Shown here: positions 23,138 through 33,957 of the stretch, piece after piece
Position numbering within the stretch: the first letter of the stretch is position 1
Layout: every line of letters starts with the position of its first letter
Assembly (NCBI GenBank): GCA_963810095.1
Contig: CAWEMM010000012.1
Coordinates: 1-64,000, forward strand
DNA: 64,000 nucleotides
Direction of reading: 5' to 3'
Source: an uncultured Chloroflexia bacterium
GTDB taxonomy: Bacteria > Chloroflexota > Anaerolineae > CG2-30-64-16
Made by a program: the position numbers and the translations under genes
Notes under the pieces: generated by a model
Told to the model about the DNA's origin: nothing
Database searches by the model: none
What the model saw: only the letters and a program-made list of their open reading frames with translations

Positions 23138-23869
23138 TCAGAACGAGGGTTCGGGGCGCTTGTGGGCGTAGTCTTTGTATCTTCCCAGGGCGCCGGCCAC
23201 CTGAGACATGTGCGCGGCCATCGCCTGGCGCGCAGCCACCGGATCACGGCGCTCAATAGCTTCGAAAACCGCAGCATGACCCACGCGTGCGTTCCCCAGC
23301 TCCCCGGGCACGGTAATCGCCCGGCGCCGGCTCTCGCGCAGCAGGTCGTCCACTGAAGACATGACGACCATGAGGACGGGGTTACGTGTGGCGCGCGCGA
23401 TCGCCGTGTGAAAATTCATGTCACGGATGACGTGCTGCTCGACGCTGTCATTCTCGGGGAGTTCGGCCAGTTCGCGCAGGGTCTCGATCTCGGCGCCGGT
23501 GATGCGCTCGGCGGCCAGCGCCGCCAGTTCGGGTTCGAGGATGCTGCGCAGCTCGTCCAGGTGAAGAAAAGCGTCCTCGCCGTTCATCAGCATCAGCACT
23601 TCCGGATCGAGTGCGTTCCACTGCTCTCTCGGGTTGACCGTCGTTCCCCTGCCGTGCGCGACGCTCGCGACGCCCTTCGCCTCGAGACCGCTGAGCGCCT
23701 CCCGCACCGCCACCCGGCTCGCACCGAACACCTCGGTCAGGTCACGCTCAGACGGCAGCATACTACCGGGTACGTACCGGCCCGTGACAATTGCTTCCAG
23801 AAGCTGCCGCCCGATCTGCTGCCCCAGCTTTTCGCGACGCAGCTCTTGGAAACCAGAGGAGTTGGGCAT
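23138..23869 (-). CDS. FadR/GntR-family transcriptional regulator
   Basis: LPSERDL...FGASRVAVREAL winged HTH; FCD domain DMNFH...NP; divergent from the sugar operon. Confidence 0.93.
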   Translation of the reverse strand: MPNSSGFQELRREKLGQQIGRQLLEAIVTGRYVPGSMLPSERDLTEVFGASRVAVREALSGLEAKGVASVAHGRGTTVNPREQWNALDPEVLMLMNGEDAFLHLDELRSILEPELAALAAERITGAEIETLRELAELPENDSVEQHVIRDMNFHTAIARATRNPVLMVVMSSVDDLLRESRRRAITVPGELGNARVGHAAVFEAIERRDPVAARQAMAAHMSQVAGALGRYKDYAHKRPEPSF

Positions 23870-23912
23870 GCTCGGGCTCCTTGCCACAGCGAGTAATTGT
23901 CAGGAGGTTAAC

Positions 23913-23982
23913 TCATCATACCACCGGGTTAACCCCTTGACAAGCACCTCACTCTCGTAATATCATGGAATTGGTATTATGA
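23913..23982 (+). promoter_or_regulatory. Sigma70-type promoter flanked by two candidate FadR operators
   Basis: TTGACA 23937-42, 18 bp, TATCAT 23961-66; TGGTAT(G/T)ATGA at 23913-23 (minus) and 23972-82 (plus). Confidence 0.65.
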
Positions 23983-24058
23983 CCTAATCACTACGGCGCT
24001 GCCACCCTTCGCAGCCTCCTTCCAGGTCACGTTTCCAGTCGGAGAGGACAAGAAACGA

Positions 24059-25063
24059 ATGACAGACTCGGTACTCCCTACGACCGCCGAGCGCAATGAT
24101 CCCCTCTCGGCCGAACAGCTCCTCGCGCTGTACCGCGGCATGGTCACCATTCGCAAATTCGAGGAGACCGTCTACGAGGTCTACAGCCGCGGCATCATGC
24201 CGGGGCTGGCGCACCTGTATACCGGCATGGAGGCCGTCGCCACCGGCGTTTGCGCGAACCTGCGACCGGCCGACAACATCACGAGCACTCACCGCGGGCA
24301 CGGACACCTGCTGGCCAAAGGCGCCGACCCCGCCCGAATGTTTGCGGAACTGTTGGGCAAAGCCAGCGGCTACAACAAGGGCAAGGGCGGCAGCATGCAC
24401 ATCGTCGATCTGGCCCTCGGCGTCCTCGGGGCCAACGGCATCGTTGCAGGTGGCATGGGCATTGCCACGGGCGCGGGTCTGTCGGCCAGGGTGCTGGGCG
24501 ACGACCGCATCTCTGTCGCGTTCTTCGGCGACGGCGCCCTCAACGAGGGGCTCTTTTACGAGGCCGCCAACATGGCCGCGCTGTGGAAGCTGCCCGTCGT
24601 CTACGTCCTGGAAAACAACTGCTACGGCGAATACACCTCGTGCGATCGCTCGACTTCGGGCAGCGGCCCCGCGCGGGCGGAGGCGCTCGGTATACCCGCG
24701 CTATCGGTGGACGGCAACGACGTGCTCGCCGTGTACGAGGCAGCGGGCTGGGCAACCGGAGTCGCGCGCTCGGGCCAGGGCCCGGCCTTCATCGAGTGCC
24801 AAACGTACCGGTGGCGCGGCCATCACATGGGCGACCAGGGTGACACCTACGGCTATCGGTCGCAGGCCGAAATCGAATCGTGGATGCAAGCATGTCCCAT
24901 CCGGCGATTCCGGTCCTACTTGCAGGACAACATGCCCGCGCTCGAGCCCGAGCTCGATGCCATCGATGCGGCGGTGCAGGCCCTGATCGACCAAGCCGTA
25001 CAGTTTGCCAAAGAAGCGCCGTATCCAGATCCGAGCGAGGTGTACACCGATGTCTACGCCTGA
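24059..25063 (+). CDS. ThDP-dependent dehydrogenase E1 alpha (AcoA/PdhA family)
   Basis: STHRGHGH, GKGGSMH, GDGALNEG...ENN, YRWRGH. Confidence 0.93.
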   Translation: MTDSVLPTTAERNDPLSAEQLLALYRGMVTIRKFEETVYEVYSRGIMPGLAHLYTGMEAVATGVCANLRPADNITSTHRGHGHLLAKGADPARMFAELLGKASGYNKGKGGSMHIVDLALGVLGANGIVAGGMGIATGAGLSARVLGDDRISVAFFGDGALNEGLFYEAANMAALWKLPVVYVLENNCYGEYTSCDRSTSGSGPARAEALGIPALSVDGNDVLAVYEAAGWATGVARSGQGPAFIECQTYRWRGHHMGDQGDTYGYRSQAEIESWMQACPIRRFRSYLQDNMPALEPELDAIDAAVQALIDQAVQFAKEAPYPDPSEVYTDVYA

Positions 25064-26063
25064 GGCCACGCCCGGTCAGGCCGGGTCCGGTCGCACCGGA
25101 ACGATCCGCGAGGCGATTAACGAGGCGCTGCGCGAAGAAATGCGCCGCGACCCGACGATCATCCTGCTGGGCGAGGATATCGGGGTGGCCGGCGGGGTCT
25201 TCAAGGTCACCAACGGCTTGCTCAAAGAGTTCGGCCCGAACCGGGTGTTCGATACGCCGATTGCCGAGGCGGGGATCATGGGGCTGGCAGTGGGCGCGGC
25301 GATGACCGGTCTGCGCCCCATCGTGGAGATCATGTTCTCCGACTTCACCACGTTGGCCTCCGATCAGCTCGTCAACCAGGCCGCCAAGCTCCGCTACATG
25401 ACCGGGGGGCAGTGCAGCATTCCGCTCGTCGTCCGCACGGCGATGGGCGCCAGCCGGCGTGCCGCTGCTCAGCACAGTCAAAGCCTGCAGGCGTGGTACT
25501 GTCACATTCCCGGCCTCAAGGTAGTCATGCCTTCCACACCCGAAGATGCGAAGGGCCTGCTGAAGAGTGCGATCCGCGACGACAACCCGGTCGTCTTCTT
25601 CGAAGACAAGATGATGTACAACCAGCAGGGACCGCTGCCAGTAGATGACTACACCGTCCCGCTTGGGCAGGCGAGGATCCACCGCCCTGGGCAACACGCG
25701 ACCGTCATTTGCACCTCGAGCATGCTCTACCCCGCGCTCGATGCGGCCGAACGCCTGGCGGCGGAAGGTATCGACGTCGAGGTGATCGACCCGCGCACCC
25801 TGTCGCCCCTGGACAACCAGACCCTCGTCACATCGGCGATTAAGACGGCGCACGTCCTGGTTGTGGACGAAGGCTACCGGAGCTTCGGGGTGACCGCAGA
25901 AATCGCTGCCCGGGTGACGGAGGAGGCGTTCGACTACCTGGACGAGCCTGTGCGCCGCCTCGGCGCGGCGGACGTGCCCGTCCCCTTTGCGCCGAGTCTC
26001 GAAGACCTGACGATTCCGAGCGCGGACCAGATCGTGGCGACCATCCACCAGATGTTGGCGTGA
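25050..26063 (+). CDS. ThDP-dependent dehydrogenase E1 beta
   Basis: GEDIG, DTPIAE, EIMFSDF, AAQHSQ, IDPRTL. Confidence 0.93.
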   Translation: MSTPEATPGQAGSGRTGTIREAINEALREEMRRDPTIILLGEDIGVAGGVFKVTNGLLKEFGPNRVFDTPIAEAGIMGLAVGAAMTGLRPIVEIMFSDFTTLASDQLVNQAAKLRYMTGGQCSIPLVVRTAMGASRRAAAQHSQSLQAWYCHIPGLKVVMPSTPEDAKGLLKSAIRDDNPVVFFEDKMMYNQQGPLPVDDYTVPLGQARIHRPGQHATVICTSSMLYPALDAAERLAAEGIDVEVIDPRTLSPLDNQTLVTSAIKTAHVLVVDEGYRSFGVTAEIAARVTEEAFDYLDEPVRRLGAADVPVPFAPSLEDLTIPSADQIVATIHQMLA

Positions 26064-26075
26064 CGGGAGACGCAC

Positions 26076-27509
26076 ATGGCTTACGAAGTCGTCATGCCCC
26101 AACTTGGCCTATCCATGGAGAGCGGCCGGATCGCGCGCTGGCTGAAGCAGAGCGGGCAGGTCGTGACGCCGGGAGACGTCTTACTCGAAGTTGAGAGCGA
26201 CAAGGCGACGGTCGAGGTCGAAGCAGTCGCGAAGGGCGAATTGCAGATCTGTGCGGGAACGCTGGACCGGCAAATCCCGGTCGGCCAGGTCATCGCCTAC
26301 ATCGTCGCAGCCGGAGAAGTCGCACCCGGCGCGCCGGCGGCGGTCCTTGCCACGCCGGGACCCGCAGCGGGTCCAGCCGCCCCGCCCTCGGCAGCACCCA
26401 GCCCCGATCTTGCCGTGGCCCTGGCTGGCGGGGCGAGGCCCCGTTCGAGCCCGGCCGCCCGAAGGCGGGCTCGCGAACTGGGCCTTGACTGGCGCATGGC
26501 CGCCGGCACCGGTCCCAACGGGCGCATCAAAGAGCGCGATGTCCTGCGATTGGCGGCGCCTGCGGCCGCGCGTCAAGAGGCGCCTGTTGAAGCCGGCCCC
26601 GACGCCGACCAGCGCATCTCGCCCTTGGCGCAGCAGCTGGCCCTCGAACTGGGGCTCGACCTGGGGGAGCTGACACAGCGCTTCCCGGGCCGGCGGCTGC
26701 AGCGTGAGCACGTCGTGCAGGCGATCCGGGATATGCTAGCGGAGGCAGGAGGGATGCGGGCCACGCAGCCCGCGGCGGTACCCGCCCCAGCTGAAGCCCG
26801 CCTGCCGGTGCGCCGGGAGGCGCGACGCGAGGCCCTGACAAGCATGCGGCGGCTGATCGCCGAACGCATGGGCCAGAGCAGCCATACCACCGCACCCGTT
26901 ACGCTGACGACCGAAGTGGACGCCACCGAGCTCGTGCGATTGCGCGAGGCACTCCGCCCTGAAGACGGCAACGGTTCGGCGCCCGCCTACAACGTGCTTC
27001 TGGCCAAGCTCGTCGCGTGCGCGTTGCGCGAGCACCCCGAGCTGAACGCCAGCCTCGAAGGCAGCGAAGTCGTCTACTGGGATGTGGTGAACGTCGGCAT
27101 AGCAGTCGACACCCCGCGCGGGCTCGTGGTCCCGGTGCTGTTTGACGTCGCGACGAAGCCGGTCGATACACTGGGCGCTGAAGCTGAAGACTTGCTGGCC
27201 CGCGCACGCAGTGGCAAAGCGCTGCCCGGCGAGTTGGCCGGCGGCACCTTCACGATCACCAATCTTGGCAGCTACCGGATTGATGCGTTTACGCCCATCA
27301 TCAACGCGCCTGAGTGCGCCATTCTGGGCGTGGGCCGCCTCCAACGCCGGCCGGTGGTCGACGAAAGCGGTGCGGTCGTGGTGCGCACGCTGATGTATCT
27401 CAGCCTCACCTTCGATCACCGTCTCGTCGACGGTGCGCCCGCCGCTCGTTTTCTGAAACGGGTGGCCGAATACGTCGAGCAGCCCTATCTTTGGTTGGCC
27501 CGCCTCTAG
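26076..27509 (+). CDS. Dihydrolipoamide acyltransferase E2
   Basis: Lipoyl motif EVESDKA, two subunit-binding-like segments, TFTITNLG, FDHRLVDG. Confidence 0.93.
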   Translation: MAYEVVMPQLGLSMESGRIARWLKQSGQVVTPGDVLLEVESDKATVEVEAVAKGELQICAGTLDRQIPVGQVIAYIVAAGEVAPGAPAAVLATPGPAAGPAAPPSAAPSPDLAVALAGGARPRSSPAARRRARELGLDWRMAAGTGPNGRIKERDVLRLAAPAAARQEAPVEAGPDADQRISPLAQQLALELGLDLGELTQRFPGRRLQREHVVQAIRDMLAEAGGMRATQPAAVPAPAEARLPVRREARREALTSMRRLIAERMGQSSHTTAPVTLTTEVDATELVRLREALRPEDGNGSAPAYNVLLAKLVACALREHPELNASLEGSEVVYWDVVNVGIAVDTPRGLVVPVLFDVATKPVDTLGAEAEDLLARARSGKALPGELAGGTFTITNLGSYRIDAFTPIINAPECAILGVGRLQRRPVVDESGAVVVRTLMYLSLTFDHRLVDGAPAARFLKRVAEYVEQPYLWLARL

Positions 27510-27525
27510 AGAAATGCCAGGTCGC

Positions 27526-28818
27526 ATGATGCAAATACGGGTGCCTTACGGACGAGGGGAGACCCTGGTCGATCTCGGTGGTATCGAGGCCACTGTCGTG
27601 GCAGCCGATCGCTGTGGGTCGGACCCAATCTGCCTGGCCTTGGCCGCGCCGATCGGCTGCCGGCCGCTTCGCGAGCTAGTACGGCCCGGCATGCGCTCGG
27701 TCATTGTCACCAGCGACATCACTCGTCCCTGCCCCACCGCGGCCATGCTTGGCCCCGTGCTCGACGAGTTGGCCCAGGGGGGTGTTGGGGCGACGGACAT
27801 AACCGTCGTCTTTGGCTTGGGCACGCACCGCAAGCACACCGCCGCCGAACAGGCTCAGCTGCTGGGCGAGCATTGCGGCACGGTCCGCTGCTGCGATTCG
27901 GATCCGGACGACACGATGCAAGTCGGCGTCACATCACGCGGCACCCCGGTCGAGGCGTTCCGCCCCGTCGTCGAAGCCGACTTCCGCATTGCGCTCGGCG
28001 TGGTCGAGCATCACTACTTTGCCGGTTATTCCGGCGGGTACAAGGCGCTCGTACCCGGTGTTTGCTCGGCCCGCACGATCCAGCGCAACCATGCCATGAT
28101 GACGGACTCCGGCGCGCGGCTAGGCGTGCTGGAGGGCAACCCCGTGCGCGAGGACATCGAAGAAGCCGCGGCACTGATCGGTCTGGACTTCATCCTCAAC
28201 GCCATCATGCAGCATGGGCACGTCTGCCTGGCTGCGGCGGGCCACCCCGTCCATGCACATCGCTGGGCCTGCAGGGCGCTCGACTACCTGAGCATGGCGC
28301 CGGCAGGCGAACCGGCCGACGTCGTCGTCGTGGGCGCGGGCGGTTATCCCAAAGACATCAACATGTACCAGGCGCAAAAGGCGCTGGACAACGCGGCAGT
28401 TGCGGTCCGCGAGAACGGCATCATCATTTGGGTTGCCGAGTGTCCCGAGGGACTGGGCAACGCGACGTTCGAGAGCTGGATGTTGAACTCCGATCCCGAC
28501 ACGATCCTGGCGCGCATCTGCGAGCAGTTTGTCCTCGGTGGACACAAGGCCGCGGCGGTTGCCTCAGTGCAGAAGCGAGCCGCAATCTGGCTGGTGAGCG
28601 GCCTGCCCGGCTCGGTCGTTCGTGCGTGTGGGATGACGCCCTATGAGGATGCCGGCCGGGCGCTCGCGGATGCCCTGGATCGCTGCGGACCGAACGCGCG
28701 GATCACCGTCATACCGGACGGCGCAACGGTCGTGCCCCGGGTGACGCGCGCCAAGCCGGTATTCGTGTGCCCTGAGCCTGCGCAGGTCGGGCTCGCGCCG
28801 GCCAGCGTGGAGCGGTAA
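27526..28818 (+). CDS. larA: LarA-family (nickel-pincer) 2-hydroxyacid racemase/epimerase
   Basis: SDITRP, LGTHR, HHYFAGYSGGYK, GNPVREDIEE, GGYPKDINMYQAQK, GGHKA. Confidence 0.88.
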   Translation: MMQIRVPYGRGETLVDLGGIEATVVAADRCGSDPICLALAAPIGCRPLRELVRPGMRSVIVTSDITRPCPTAAMLGPVLDELAQGGVGATDITVVFGLGTHRKHTAAEQAQLLGEHCGTVRCCDSDPDDTMQVGVTSRGTPVEAFRPVVEADFRIALGVVEHHYFAGYSGGYKALVPGVCSARTIQRNHAMMTDSGARLGVLEGNPVREDIEEAAALIGLDFILNAIMQHGHVCLAAAGHPVHAHRWACRALDYLSMAPAGEPADVVVVGAGGYPKDINMYQAQKALDNAAVAVRENGIIIWVAECPEGLGNATFESWMLNSDPDTILARICEQFVLGGHKAAAVASVQKRAAIWLVSGLPGSVVRACGMTPYEDAGRALADALDRCGPNARITVIPDGATVVPRVTRAKPVFVCPEPAQVGLAPASVER

Positions 28819-28819
28819 G

Positions 28820-29578
28820 ATGGACCAGGTTTTCAGTCGGCCCCTGGCAGGCCGGGTGGCCGTAGTCACCGGCGCCGCACGAGGCATCGGTTTCGCAATC
28901 TGTGAGACACTTGCATCCGCCGGCGCAGCCGTCGCGCTCGTCGACCTGCAACCTGACGTCCACGCCTCGGCCGAGCGGCTTGCCGGCGCCGGTCTCATTG
29001 CGAAGGCCTGGCTTGCGGACGTAAGCAGCGAGGCCGATGTGCGGGCCGCGGTCGCCGGCATTGCGAGCCATTTCGGGCACATCGACGTCCTGATCAATAA
29101 TGCGGGCATTTGTCCCGTCACGGCACTCCCCGACATCAGCGGGGAAGAATGGGACCGGGTCCTGGCGATCAACCTGAAGGGCGCGTTCCTGTTCAGCCAG
29201 GCGGTCGCACCCCACATGCAGGCCCGCGGGAGTGGCAAGATCGTCAATATCGCTTCCAGTGCGGGCCAGATGGGTGGCCTGGCAGTTGGTTTGCACTATA
29301 CCGCGTCCAAGGCGGCCATTTTGGGCCTGACGAAAGGGCTGGCGCGCATCCTGGCGCCCGCGATCCAGGTGAACGCCGTATCGCCCGGCACCACGGAATC
29401 CGAGATGACGCGGGGCTGGAGCCCGGATGCGGTGACGGCCATTGCCAAGCAGATCCCCCTGCAAAGGCTGGGGCGCCCCGCCGACACGGCGGCGGCGGTG
29501 CTCTTCCTGGCATCCGACGCTGCCGGCTTCATCACCGGACAGACGTTGAGCGTCAACGGCGGCCTTTTCATGAGTTAG
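28820..29578 (+). CDS. SDR-family oxidoreductase
   Basis: TGAARGIG, NNAG, YTASK. Confidence 0.93.
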   Translation: MDQVFSRPLAGRVAVVTGAARGIGFAICETLASAGAAVALVDLQPDVHASAERLAGAGLIAKAWLADVSSEADVRAAVAGIASHFGHIDVLINNAGICPVTALPDISGEEWDRVLAINLKGAFLFSQAVAPHMQARGSGKIVNIASSAGQMGGLAVGLHYTASKAAILGLTKGLARILAPAIQVNAVSPGTTESEMTRGWSPDAVTAIAKQIPLQRLGRPADTAAAVLFLASDAAGFITGQTLSVNGGLFMS

Positions 29579-29633
29579 CCCGCCTGCGCCGCAGCACGAT
29601 CTAGGTCAATGCACGACTACGGAGGGGAGCGCG

Positions 29634-30461
29634 ATGAATTACCGGACAGCCATCCAGGATCGTTTCAAAGGCAAAGTTGCCATCGTGACGGGCGGGGCAT
29701 CGGGCATTGGCCGCGCCATTGTCGAGGAGCTGTGCAAAGAAGGCGCCCAAGTGGCCTTCAGCGGCATCAGCGATATCGGCCTGACCACCACGCAGGAGCT
29801 GCAAGACCAGGGCTTTGACGTGCTCTTCTGCCAGGGCGACATGTGCGACGAGGCATTTTGCATCGACCTGGTCGCCAAGACCGCCGAGCACTTCGGTCAG
29901 ATCAACTATCTCGTCAACAATGCGTTCTCGTTCACGGCCAAGGGCATGGACGCGACCCGCGAGGACTGGGAACGCGTCTTCTTCGTCGGACCTGTGGGTT
30001 ATGCGACGATGACACAGCAGGTCGCGCCCCACATGATCAAGATTGGCGGCGGAGCGATCGTGAACATGTCCAGCATCTCCGCCTATATCGCCCAGACCAA
30101 TCGTTGGACGTATAATGCAGCCAAAGGCGCCGTGGCTCAGCTCACCCGCTGCATGGCCTACGATCTGGCCAAGTACAACATTCGCGTCAATTCCATCAGC
30201 CCCGGCTGGATTTGGACGCGTGAGGTGCTCAAAGCCGCGAACCTGGACGGCGGGGGCCGGGAGAAATGGGACCCCATTTGGGGTGAGTATCACATGCTGG
30301 GCCGGTGTGGCGAACCGGTCGAGTGCGCGGGACCGACCCTCTTCCTGCTCAGCGACGACGCATCCTTCATCACCGCCACCGACGTTGCGGTGGACGGCGG
30401 CTACTGCAGCATGGGGCCGGAAGGCCTGGGTAAGACGACCGTCCTGGCCGGCTCAAAGTAG
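29634..30461 (+). CDS. SDR-family oxidoreductase
   Basis: TGGASGIG, NNA, YNAAK. Confidence 0.93.
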   Translation: MNYRTAIQDRFKGKVAIVTGGASGIGRAIVEELCKEGAQVAFSGISDIGLTTTQELQDQGFDVLFCQGDMCDEAFCIDLVAKTAEHFGQINYLVNNAFSFTAKGMDATREDWERVFFVGPVGYATMTQQVAPHMIKIGGGAIVNMSSISAYIAQTNRWTYNAAKGAVAQLTRCMAYDLAKYNIRVNSISPGWIWTREVLKAANLDGGGREKWDPIWGEYHMLGRCGEPVECAGPTLFLLSDDASFITATDVAVDGGYCSMGPEGLGKTTVLAGSK

Positions 30462-30476
30462 AGAGCGGAGAGACCC

Positions 30477-31331
30477 ATGATGGATTTTCCACTCGTCGAC
30501 ACCCACTTGCACTTGTGGGATCCCGGCTACCTGCGTTATCCCTGGCTGGACGATAACGCGCTCCTCAACAAGCCGTATCTGCCGGCCGATTATCGCCGCC
30601 ACTGCGGCCCGGTCGACGTCGAAAAGATGGTCTTCGTCCAGTGCGAGGTCGACTTCTCCCAGTTCCAGGCCGAAGCGGACTGGGTGACCTCGCTCGCCCA
30701 GGGGCCCGAGCCGCGGATTAGCGGCATTGTGCCCTGGGCGCCGCTGGAGTTGGGGGACGCCGCACGGCCGGCCCTCGAGAAGCTTGCCACCAATCCCCTC
30801 ATCAAGGGCATCCGCCGGATCATCCAGTTCGAGCCCGATCCCGAGTTCTGCCTGCGACCCGACTTCGTACGTGGAGTGCAGGCGCTGGCCGACTATGGTC
30901 TGCACTTCGAGATCTGCATCGTCCACACCCAGATGAAAAACACGATCAAGCTGGTCGAGCAGTGCCCCAACGTGAGCTTCCTCCTCGATCACATCGGCAA
31001 GCCGGGCATCAAGGATCACATCGTCGAGCCGTGGAAGCAGGACCTGGTGACGCTGGCGGGCGCGGGGAACGTGTGGTGCAAGATGTCGGGCCTGGTGACC
31101 GAGGCCGACCACCAGCGCTGGACCCCCGCGGACTTGCAGCCCTACATCGACCATGTCCTCGACACCTTCGGCTTCGATCGCACGATGTATGGCGGTGACT
31201 GGCCCGTGGCATACCAGGCCACCGAGTATCCGCGCTGGGTCGAAACGCTGGAGCGGGCGGTCGAAGGGTGCGCGCCCGAGGAGAAACGGCAGCTATTCCG
31301 GGAGACGGCAATTCGCTTCTATCGACTGTAA
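30477..31331 (+). CDS. Amidohydrolase-fold sugar lactonase (L-fucono/L-rhamnono-lactonase-like)
   Basis: DTHLHLW, LDHIGKP, CKMSGL, FGFDRTMYGGDWPV. Confidence 0.85.
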   Translation: MMDFPLVDTHLHLWDPGYLRYPWLDDNALLNKPYLPADYRRHCGPVDVEKMVFVQCEVDFSQFQAEADWVTSLAQGPEPRISGIVPWAPLELGDAARPALEKLATNPLIKGIRRIIQFEPDPEFCLRPDFVRGVQALADYGLHFEICIVHTQMKNTIKLVEQCPNVSFLLDHIGKPGIKDHIVEPWKQDLVTLAGAGNVWCKMSGLVTEADHQRWTPADLQPYIDHVLDTFGFDRTMYGGDWPVAYQATEYPRWVETLERAVEGCAPEEKRQLFRETAIRFYRL

Positions 31332-31393
31332 ACTGGATCGCGCGGACGTGTGCCGGAAACCGGCACCCCTGTGCGACATGGCAAAGGAGCGCT

Positions 31394-32920
31394 ATGGCAG
31401 ATCAGGCGCCTATCCTGCGAGCCACCGGCATTCACATGGCCTTCGACGGCGTGGACGTGCTGAAGGGCGTCAGTATCGAGCTCCACGCCGGCGAAGTCCT
31501 GGGGCTGATCGGCGAGAACGGCGCGGGTAAGTCCACCCTGGCCAAGATCATCGCGGGCGTGTATCGGGCGCGCGAAGGGCGCATTGAGATCGACGGAACG
31601 GAAGTCCACGTCCAGAGCCCCCACGTCGCCTCTACGCTCGGCATTGCGCTGATCCACCAGGAACCACTCACTTTCCCGGACCTCGACATTGCAGAGAACA
31701 TCTTCATTGGGCACCAGCCCACGCAGGCGGGCCGCGTCGACTGGGTGACCACCTACCGCCGCGCCGGCGAAATCCTCGCTTCCCTCGGCGTGAAGCTGGA
31801 CCCCAGAACGAAGGTGCGCGGGCTGTCCATCGCCGACCAACAGATGGTCGAAATGGCGGCTGCGCTCTCGCAGGATGCCCGCATCCTCCTCATGGACGAG
31901 CCCACCGCGGCCTTGACCCCCAGCGAAGTCGCCGACCTTTTCACGATCATCCGCCGCCTGCGTGACCAAGGCACCGCCGTCGTGTTCGTGAGCCACCGCC
32001 TCGAAGAGGTGTTCGACATCTGCGACCGGATCACCGTGCTGCGCGACGGTGAGTTCGTGGGTGAGCGCGACGCAAAGACCACCTCGGTCGACGAGATCAT
32101 CCGGATGATGGTTGGACGGCCCCTCAGTGCGCTGTTCGAGCGGCCGGCCGTCTTGCAGCGCGGCGAGGCTCCGCTGCTCGAGGTGCAGCATCTCTCCCGG
32201 GCGATGAAGTTTGAAGACATCTCCTTCAACGTGCGGGCGGGCGAAATTGTTGGGATGGCTGGTCTGGTCGGCTCGGGACGCACGGAAGTCGCACGTGCAC
32301 TATTCGGAACGCTCGTGCCCGACAGTGGCGAAATCCGCATCAACGGCGCCGTAGTGAAGATCAGGAACCCGCAGGACGCCATGGCCCGCGGCCTGATCTA
32401 CCTGCCCGAGGACCGGCAAAACCACGGCCTGCTGATGCCGATGTCGATCTCCCAAAACATGACGCTGCCCGTGTTGAAGCGGCTTGCGCCCCACGGGTGG
32501 CTGCACGCGGCGGTGGAGCGCCAGGTTGCGCTCCAGTATGCCGAGAAGCTGCGCATTGTGCTCCGCAGCGTCAACCAGCCGGTGCGCGAGTTGTCGGGTG
32601 GCAATCAACAGAAGGTCGTCATCTCGAAATGGCTGCTCGTCGAGCCGAAGATCATGGTCCTCGACGAACCGACCCGCGGCATTGACATCGGCGCGAAAGC
32701 GGAAGTGCACCGCTTGATGGGCGAGCTTGCTTCGCAGGGCATGGCGATCCTGATGATCTCCTCCGAACTACCCGAGGTGCTGGCGATGAGCGATCGAGTG
32801 CTGGTGATGCGGGAGGGCCGGCTGGTGGCCCAGTTCGACCGCGAACAGGCCAACTCCGAGCGCATCATGGCGGCAGCCACGGGCCAACAAGCAGCCGCCG
32901 AGCTGCCGGTGAAGGAGTAG
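31394..32920 (+). CDS. Monosaccharide ABC transporter ATPase (two ABC domains)
   Basis: [34 protein letters not shown]. Confidence 0.95.
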   Translation: MADQAPILRATGIHMAFDGVDVLKGVSIELHAGEVLGLIGENGAGKSTLAKIIAGVYRAREGRIEIDGTEVHVQSPHVASTLGIALIHQEPLTFPDLDIAENIFIGHQPTQAGRVDWVTTYRRAGEILASLGVKLDPRTKVRGLSIADQQMVEMAAALSQDARILLMDEPTAALTPSEVADLFTIIRRLRDQGTAVVFVSHRLEEVFDICDRITVLRDGEFVGERDAKTTSVDEIIRMMVGRPLSALFERPAVLQRGEAPLLEVQHLSRAMKFEDISFNVRAGEIVGMAGLVGSGRTEVARALFGTLVPDSGEIRINGAVVKIRNPQDAMARGLIYLPEDRQNHGLLMPMSISQNMTLPVLKRLAPHGWLHAAVERQVALQYAEKLRIVLRSVNQPVRELSGGNQQKVVISKWLLVEPKIMVLDEPTRGIDIGAKAEVHRLMGELASQGMAILMISSELPEVLAMSDRVLVMREGRLVAQFDREQANSERIMAAATGQQAAAELPVKE

Positions 32921-32923
32921 CCG

Positions 32924-33953
32924 ATGGCGACGACATCCACCTCCATTCGGCGGCCTCCGGGGAGCGCGGGGCTGGCGATCAAGCTGGCCCGCTTCCGTGA
33001 AGTGGGCATCGTGCTCTTCCTGTTGATCATCGTGGCCGGTGCGGCGATCGTCGAGCCGCGTTTCCTCACGCTGTTCAACCTACGAAGCATCCTGCTGTGG
33101 GTGCCGTTGCTCACCGTGATTGCCATGGGTGAGATGATGGTCATCATCACCCGCGGCATCGACGTTTCGGTCGGGTCCGTCATGGGCTTCGCCGGCATCG
33201 TTGTCGGCATGATCTTTCGGGATCATCCCGGTTTCAACATCTACCTGGGCGCGGTCCTCGCGCTCCTGATCGGCGCAGCGCTCGGCTCGATCAACGGCGG
33301 ACTGGTTGCCTGGGCGAAGGTGCCGCCCATCATCACCACGCTCGGCACCCTCAGCGCATTCCGCGGCCTCACGTTCGTCGTGAGCGGCGGGCGCCAAATT
33401 GATCCGAACCACGTCCCCCGGGAGCTGATCCGCTGGTCGCAAGTGGGCCCATTCGACTTCGAGTATGCGCCCTGGGTAGTCGTCATCGCGGCTCGCGGTG
33501 ACGCTGCTGGCCTACCTGTTCCTGCGGTTCGTCCGGCTAGGACGCTACATCTATGCCTTTGGCAGCAACCCGGAAGCAGCGCAGCTGCGCGGCATCCCAG
33601 TCGCACGTACGGCGTTCACCGTGTACCTCATCACGGGTGCGATGGCCGGCCTGGCGGGCTTGCTCTATGCCTCGCGCATGGGTTTCGTCAACCCAGGCCA
33701 GACGGGCGTGGGGTTTGAACTGACAGTCATCGCCGCCGTGGTGATCGGCGGCACAAACGTGTTCGGGGGCTCGGGATCCGTCATCGGCGTGCTGCTCGGC
33801 TGCCTGCTCCTCGGCACCATTAACGTTGCGCTGGCAGTGCTGGGGATCGCGGCGACCTGGCAGCTAGCCGTCTACGGTTTCGTTATCCTGCTGGCCGTGG
33901 TGACCGACGCCATTATCCAGGCCGAGCTGCGCCGCGCAGCCACAGGGGAGTGA
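32924..33953 (+). CDS. Monosaccharide ABC permease (indel near 33495)
   Basis: [18 protein letters not shown] and [12 protein letters not shown] split over two frames. Confidence 0.9.
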
Positions 33954-33957
33954 TCAC

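Noticed and set aside
24059-27509. Housekeeping pyruvate dehydrogenase (pdhABC) or definite acoABC
   Set aside because: No E3, and it is embedded in a regulated sugar operon; the substrate cannot be assigned from motifs.
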